From: an uncultured Oligoflexus sp. | GTDB taxonomy: Bacteria > Bdellovibrionota_B > Oligoflexia > Oligoflexales > Oligoflexaceae | Assembly: GCA_964236955.1 (NCBI GenBank) | Contig: CAXSGP010000006.1 | Coordinates: 1 to 64,000, forward strand | Length of the DNA stretch: 64,000 bases | Direction: 5' to 3' | Part shown: one piece after another, positions 59,003 through 64,000 of the stretch | How the letters are laid out: each line of letters starts with the position of its first letter | Numbering within the stretch: the first letter of the stretch is position 1 | The notes under the pieces: generated by a model | Databases searched by the model: none | The model's input: the letters and a program-made list of their open reading frames with translations, nothing else | Told to the model about the DNA's origin: nothing | Made by a program: the position numbers and the translations under genes

Positions 59003-59399
59003 AGAATTTGTCGTACGCCAGCTTGAAAGAAAGGGTTGGAAGATTTTGGCGCGTAACTTCCGCCGGCGCGGTTTTGAAATCGACATCATAGCCAGTCGCT
59101 TGGACCGTTTGCTCTGCGTTGAAGTCAAATCGCGATCCAACCAAGGCCTCACGGATGTGAGCTCTCTTCTTAATCCCGGCAAGATGCAAAGGCTTTGCCG
59201 CGGTATGAATACATGGCTTCAGACCTTTGGACCCGAAGAATCCCGCAATACTGAATTTTGGCTGTGTCTGGTCGAAAAGGCGATACCGATAAAAAGCCTG
59301 GAAGTCAGGGACAGTGGTAAGAGCAGGCCAGGAAAAGAGAAAGTGAAAGTGAACTGGATGCGCTGGGCTGGCGATGAAGGTCCGGAGCCAAAAAATTAA
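58965..59399 (+). CDS. YraN/UPF0102 family PD-(D/E)xK protein
   Basis: G...E, ARNFR..GFEIDII and VEVKSR motifs. Confidence 0.88.
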   Translation: MSRLSWAKGEKSEEFVVRQLERKGWKILARNFRRRGFEIDIIASRLDRLLCVEVKSRSNQGLTDVSSLLNPGKMQRLCRGMNTWLQTFGPEESRNTEFWLCLVEKAIPIKSLEVRDSGKSRPGKEKVKVNWMRWAGDEGPEPKN

Positions 59400-59447
59400 A
59401 CCTTCCCCCAGCCATAAGGCTAAGGCAAGGTTCGAAAGAACTGGGAA

Positions 59448-59831
59448 TTAATCTTTTTTCGTTGCCATATAACGGCTACGGATACGAGCCGCTTTGCCAG
59501 TGAGGTCGCGGAGGTAGTAAAGACGGGAACGACGGACGATACCGTGAGCGACGACTTCAACCTTAGCAATCTGGGCAGAAAAAGCCGGGAAAACGCGTTC
59601 TACGCCGATGCTATTGGCACCGATTTTACGAACGGTAAAGCTTGACTCCGGCCCACCTTTTTTAAACGCAATCACAACGCCTTCGAATTGCTGGATACGA
59701 AACTTTGCAGCGTCCGCGCCTTCTTGGAGTTTGTAATGAATACGCACTGTGTCGCCTGGACGAAACACTGGGAGTAGCGATGCTTCAGGAAACTTTTTCT
59801 TTTCGAATTTAGCTATAATAGCATTTTTCAT
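59448..59831 (-). CDS. rplS: 50S ribosomal protein L19
   Basis: [26 protein letters not shown] and [10 protein letters not shown] motifs. Confidence 0.98.
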   Translation of the reverse strand: MKNAIIAKFEKKKFPEASLLPVFRPGDTVRIHYKLQEGADAAKFRIQQFEGVVIAFKKGGPESSFTVRKIGANSIGVERVFPAFSAQIAKVEVVAHGIVRRSRLYYLRDLTGKAARIRSRYMATKKD

Positions 59832-59958
59832 GGGTATTAAACCTATTGCAGTTTGCAGGCTCTTTTAAGTGCTACCCTGACTTATCATTGCAGGAGTGAG
59901 CTGAATACCTCAGTTCCTACGATGGGTCAAGGACTTGTTCCCTTAGCGCCTGCGATGG

Positions 59959-60381
59959 TTAGATTGCAAATTCTACAGTTCGCATATTCAACAGCTGCTG
60001 TTTTGCGTCAACAAAGACGTGGTATAGCTCTTCGCGTTCCCCAGTTGGTATTTTTTGACGCATAAAAGGCAGGATTTTATCCTCTACCGTTTCGCTGTGT
60101 CGCGTGAAGCTTTCAAGAAGTTCGGCTCCATCTTGGCACTTATCGCTACACAAAGACTGCAGATTCCTAAGGCCCTGCTGATACCTCTTAAGAAGGACAT
60201 CTCTATGGTTAGCAATAAGCGATAACTCAGGCAAGAGGAACTCAGTTTCCCAGGCCAGATGTACATTAAGACGCATTAAAATAGCCGTCTTCACGGAATC
60301 TTTGCCCGAGAGTTGAGACAGATCAGCAAGTTCGGCTTTGCGGCTACGAAATTCTGCCTTCAAGAGCTGCAGTACATCCAT
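59959..60381 (-). CDS. Degenerate hemerythrin/HHE-like four-helix protein
   Basis: MDVLQLLKAE..HLAWETEFLLP..HSETVEDKILP..EREEL pattern; GGAG SD. Confidence 0.6.
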   Translation of the reverse strand: MDVLQLLKAEFRSRKAELADLSQLSGKDSVKTAILMRLNVHLAWETEFLLPELSLIANHRDVLLKRYQQGLRNLQSLCSDKCQDGAELLESFTRHSETVEDKILPFMRQKIPTGEREELYHVFVDAKQQLLNMRTVEFAI

Positions 60382-60472
60382 GGGCTCTATCTCCTTGAGA
60401 AGGCCTTGCCTCGCGGTGCAAGCGTGGAAACGCCAAGTTTTCTCAACTCTTCCGATTTATGATGATGAAGAG

Positions 60473-60501
60473 GGTATAAACAAACCCCAGCTATAATTCA
60501 A
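60473..60501 (-). promoter_or_regulatory. Candidate sigma70 promoter for the hemerythrin-like gene
   Basis: Minus strand TTGAAT-N17-TATACC. Confidence 0.4.
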
Positions 60502-60846
60502 GCGACTGATGCAAGCTTGGATAAAAAGCAGCAAAGCCTTTTTCTAGGAATCTTGGGTCACAAGGCAATTTGCCTTATTAGCTAAACCCTTAGTTTCCCA
60601 GACTCAAAGACTTGGGCCTTCTCGGAGTTAACTAGCCCTATTTTTTGGCAGAGTCAATTTATGCTGGCAAGCCTTCAACCCGCGTAACTTGAGACCGCCG
60701 CATTCCCCATCTTGCTTAAGATATAGACTTCCATTATGGTCGGCACGAGTGGCGCGAATTCCCAAGGATCCTCGCCAAGCTAGAGGTCCAGGGATCTCCG
60801 GCGCGTCATGTCTTTATCTCATTGCCTGCTTAGGATGCAAACTTCT

Positions 60847-61263
60847 ATGACAACCGAAGACAGTAAGCCTGCCACCGAGCCAAGGAGCAAAGTGGAAACA
60901 ATAGCCATGACCCCTGCCGCAATCCGGCAGGCCAAAGTGATTATGGAAAGGACCGAGGATTTTCCCAAGCTGCCTCTGCGGCTCTATATCGAAGGCAAGG
61001 GCTGCGACGGCTTTTATTATGGCGTGAACTTTGATAAGGCCGAGTCTGACGACCTCCATTTTGACTTTGAGGGGCTTGACTGCATCGTCGATCCACGCGC
61101 CTTTCTCTTTTGCAAAGGCTCCACCATCGATTGGGTCGACGATGAGAGAGGCCGGGGCTTTCTTGTGGAAAACCCCAGGGAGAAGAGTTTTCGGGGGAAA
61201 TTCTATAAAAAAAGCACCTGGCGCAGCCGTCTCGAGGCTATGGATCAGGGATCCAAGGCCTGA
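60847..61263 (+). CDS. HesB/IscA-family protein lacking the C-terminal CxC motif
   Basis: MTPAA, LRLYIEGKGCDGFYY, IVDP, GSTIDW and GF..ENP motifs. Start uncertain. Confidence 0.85.
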   Translation: MTTEDSKPATEPRSKVETIAMTPAAIRQAKVIMERTEDFPKLPLRLYIEGKGCDGFYYGVNFDKAESDDLHFDFEGLDCIVDPRAFLFCKGSTIDWVDDERGRGFLVENPREKSFRGKFYKKSTWRSRLEAMDQGSKA

Positions 61264-61907
61264 TTTACCAACCGGTAGCCGCCGCCGTAGATACTTTCGA
61301 TCGTCAGGTGAGAAGCCATAAGGTTGCGCCGCAAGCGGGAAATATGGGCAGACACGCTCTTCGGCGACACCTTTACATCCTTCCAAATCTCATTGCAGAG
61401 ATCCTCGTGGCTTAGAAAGCGATTGTGAAAACGAATCAGATGCCTGAGGATCTGCGACTCCTTGAGGGTCAGATGCAGCCAGTCGCCTTCGGGCAGTACA
61501 CGCAGGCGATTGCCCTCATAGTCAAGACATAGATCGGCCAAGGTCAGGCAGCGGGCCGGCTCTTCCTTGTCGCGATGGAGCAAGCGCTGCATGATAAAGG
61601 GCAGCTCTCGAAAGGCGGCTGTATCGAGAAAAAAGGCCTGCGTCGAACCCCGGAGAGCTAAACTTGCCAGGACCACGACCTTAGATTCGGGCCAGTGGAT
61701 CTCAATAAGTTTTTCCAGATTTTCCACGTCATCATAAAAGTCATCGCCGTGAATGACAATAGCCTGGGGCTTTACCGAGCTGAGCCGACCGAGCTTTAAA
61801 AAGTTTTTGATCGACGCAAAGGCACGCACGGCCACATCCCCATGCAGGACCGCCGCCAGCGACAGCTCCAGCCGGCCCGGCTTCTCCAAGACCCAGACGA
61901 TTCCCAT
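61245..61907 (-). CDS. OmpR/PhoB-type winged-helix regulator with a degenerate receiver domain
   Basis: LTLKESQIL, IW, SVSAHISRLRR and IESIYGGGYRL motifs. Confidence 0.85.
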   Translation of the reverse strand: MGIVWVLEKPGRLELSLAAVLHGDVAVRAFASIKNFLKLGRLSSVKPQAIVIHGDDFYDDVENLEKLIEIHWPESKVVVLASLALRGSTQAFFLDTAAFRELPFIMQRLLHRDKEEPARCLTLADLCLDYEGNRLRVLPEGDWLHLTLKESQILRHLIRFHNRFLSHEDLCNEIWKDVKVSPKSVSAHISRLRRNLMASHLTIESIYGGGYRLVNQALDP

Positions 61908-61916
61908 AAAGGCTCC

Positions 61917-63101
61917 TCACAAGTCGACTTCGCAGAGGCTAAAGCGGGCGACCGACGAACTGTTGAATCGCGACAGGAAATAATACTTATGGGATGGCTC
62001 ATGATAAAAGGCGCTTTCAAACGCTGAGCCCTCCTTAAAAACACCCTGGTAGCCGATCGGTGCGAGTTCGGCGCCATTAAAGCGAAAGGCGGCGATGGAG
62101 ATCTCGTGGTCGAGCCATTGCGGGAGAAAGACCAGAGTTTCTTTGACATTGCCAGCCAGCAGCGGCTGGGCCACATGCACCCGAGTGAGGGGCACGCTCG
62201 CCTGGGAATTTTTGCCAAAGGGATCGTTGCTTGTCATGCCGACGACCTCAAGCGAGGTATTTTCCCAAAGCAAGGAGTCGCCTTTGATGTAGGCAAGGCT
62301 TAAACCACGGTCGCTTTCCAGAAAATTCCAGCTCTCGATCGGCCCTTTTTCATCAAGTTCGATGCTCGCCTCTTTGTTTCCGGCCAGCCATGGCGTGACT
62401 TTAAAGCGAGGATCCTTTTTGCTGGTCGAGAGCCCCCGGTCGAGAGCAAAAATCCAGCGCTTCTTTTGAGCATCGGAAAACGTTGTTGTCTGATTGCCGA
62501 GTACGCGGCTCAGTACTGTCTGCGCGCCCTTTTCACTATGGATCGGAATCTCGACTTGTTGATAGGGCTGATCGTCGGTCGCTTCGTCGGTTTTATCTTC
62601 CCGCACCAGCGCGTAGAGCTTGTCGTCGGTGAGCTGCCAGCCGCCCAGCTCAAAAGCCTGCAGCTTGGTTGCAAATTGGGCGATCAGAGCATTGTTGGTG
62701 AGATCACGCACCTGAAAAAAAGGTTTGTCCTTGACCAGGGTGTGGATGACAAACACGGTTTTTTTCCCGGAAATTCCTGCACCCATAAAGGTCGAGTCCT
62801 GCCCAACAGGCAGCCTCACCAGACGGTCGGGCCTTAGATCTCCAAGCTTTCGAAAGGCCAAATGATAATAATTTCGCACACCCTTTCGCGACGTAGCTTC
62901 CAGTATAAGGCTGGGGCCGGTGCTTTCAAGGACCCGCACTTTATCGATTCTTAAATCTTCCGGCATCACGGGCAGGTCGCGACAGTCGAGTGTCGAGGCT
63001 TTCTCCAACGCGCTCCACTCCGATTTAACATCCGGGCGACCCCAGGTCGCACATCCCGAAATGATTACCAAACTCGCAATTTTTAAGCAATTACGATGCA
63101 T
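61917..63101 (-). CDS. Hypothetical beta-rich lipoprotein
   Basis: Lipobox ISGC; 394-aa ORF. Confidence 0.75.
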   Translation of the reverse strand: MHRNCLKIASLVIISGCATWGRPDVKSEWSALEKASTLDCRDLPVMPEDLRIDKVRVLESTGPSLILEATSRKGVRNYYHLAFRKLGDLRPDRLVRLPVGQDSTFMGAGISGKKTVFVIHTLVKDKPFFQVRDLTNNALIAQFATKLQAFELGGWQLTDDKLYALVREDKTDEATDDQPYQQVEIPIHSEKGAQTVLSRVLGNQTTTFSDAQKKRWIFALDRGLSTSKKDPRFKVTPWLAGNKEASIELDEKGPIESWNFLESDRGLSLAYIKGDSLLWENTSLEVVGMTSNDPFGKNSQASVPLTRVHVAQPLLAGNVKETLVFLPQWLDHEISIAAFRFNGAELAPIGYQGVFKEGSAFESAFYHEPSHKYYFLSRFNSSSVARFSLCEVDL

Positions 63102-63120
63102 CGAAAAGCCTCACACACGC

Positions 63121-63147
63121 TTAAGTATTTTTTCGAACCGACGATAA
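63121..63147 (+). promoter_or_regulatory. Candidate sigma28 (FliA)-type promoter
   Basis: TTAA-N15-GACGATAA, 28 nt before the ATG at 63176. Confidence 0.45.
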
Positions 63148-63175
63148 AAGCGACAGGTTGTATGGGAATCATTGT

Positions 63176-63505
63176 ATGCGATTATCGAGACTTGACCAAA
63201 AACTTTTCCTCTTCGCCGGCGCTTTAGGGCTGACGGCCTGTCAATCCATAGTTAAATTGGAAACTCGCAAACCGACCCAGGTCCCCTACATTAGAAATTC
63301 CGCCAATGAATGCTATTACCTCGATGAATTCATGCCGGTTCCCGACTCTATGGTGAGCGGGGAATCGGGCGCGATGAAACTTCGTTACTACACTTACAAC
63401 ATTGCCAATTATAAAGATTGGGACAACCGGGAAATAATTCTCTCCTTCTACTCAAGAGATGATAAGTGCTGGTCACTATTTGAAGAATTCTATCTTATTC
63501 GCTAA
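63176..63505 (+). CDS. Small hypothetical lipoprotein
   Basis: Lipobox LTAC; two further Cys. Confidence 0.75.
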   Translation: MRLSRLDQKLFLFAGALGLTACQSIVKLETRKPTQVPYIRNSANECYYLDEFMPVPDSMVSGESGAMKLRYYTYNIANYKDWDNREIILSFYSRDDKCWSLFEEFYLIR

Positions 63506-63595
63506 TCTTCAAACTATATTTCTCAAAGCGGGACCTTCGATCTTCGGCCACTTCGAGCTACAATAGATCTACATGCTAGCTTGAGGAGTCACGGG

Positions 63596-64000
63596 GTGGG
63601 TCGATTTCCTTCGCCTTTACATTTAGTTCTCAGCGGACTCTTGGTCTCCTGCGTTAGCGCACCGAAAAAACCCATGCAGGAAGCAGCAGCAGCCACGGGC
63701 CAAAAGGAAGCCGATACAAAGCTTGCCGAAGTAGCCAACCAATATGCACGCGATGGTCTCTACCGCGAGGCGCTGACCGCGTTCAATCAATTTCTTGAAA
63801 AATCCCCAAACGACGCCGCCGCCTGCCGAACGGTCGGCATAATTTACGTGAAAACCGGTGCCTATAAAAAAGCCACCGAATATCTGGCCAAGGCCTTTGA
63901 AACCTTCCCCAACAACTATGAAGTGAATTTTTATCTGGGCGAGTCGATGCGCATGCAATCGCGTTACGCGGATGCTATCTACCACTATAAACGCGCTCTG
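63596..64000 (+). CDS. TPR-repeat lipoprotein (runs off the window edge)
   Basis: Translated by hand from GTG after GAGGAG: lipobox LVSC, then TPR helices (A..Y...GLYREAL, GIIYVKTGAYKKA, FYLGESMR..RYADAI). Confidence 0.85.
   Translation, partial: MGRFPSPLHLVLSGLLVSCVSAPKKPMQEAAAATGQKEADTKLAEVANQYARDGLYREALTAFNQFLEKSPNDAAACRTVGIIYVKTGAYKKATEYLAKAFETFPNNYEVNFYLGESMRMQSRYADAIYHYKRAL

Noticed and set aside
1..64000. Mobile elements, prophage, defence systems or rRNA
   Set aside because: No transposase, integrase, reverse transcriptase, phage structural, cas or rRNA signature was recognised.

Overview
Mostly core chromosome of a Gram-negative bacterium. The gene content (pilB-pilT-pilC, GldA/F/G-like ABC system with DUF4340, mfd next to two parvulin/SurA PPIases, many orphan lipoproteins) suggests a Bdellovibrionota/Oligoflexia-like lineage, which is an inference and not a database result. 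The window holds the 5' part of the S10 ribosomal operon, three tRNAs (His-GTG, Phe-GAA, Leu-GAG), pyc, lgt, gpsA, ihfA, kdsA, secG, queG, aroE, ribF, ppk1-ppx-holA, map, yacG, ctaB/cyoE, an Slt with a GHMP kinase, rnhB, a YraN-family gene and rplS. I found no CRISPR array, transposase, integrase or phage gene. The best leads are: (1) a tightly coupled operon of degenerate complex-I-like membrane proteins (NuoJ-like pieces and a NuoN-like protein lacking its proton-translocating residues) joined to lgt; (2) a translationally coupled porin-like gene plus an 883-aa exported orphan; (3) a GHMP kinase-lytic transglycosylase pair; (4) a cluster of 'pseudo' redox and signalling proteins at 57-62 kb; (5) a probable CTG start codon for queG; (6) two small membrane ORFs missed by the ORF track; (7) candidate sigma54 and sigma28 promoters and structured leaders; (8) an exact 64-bp tandem duplication. 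All family calls come from motif recognition by eye and need HMM or structure confirmation.
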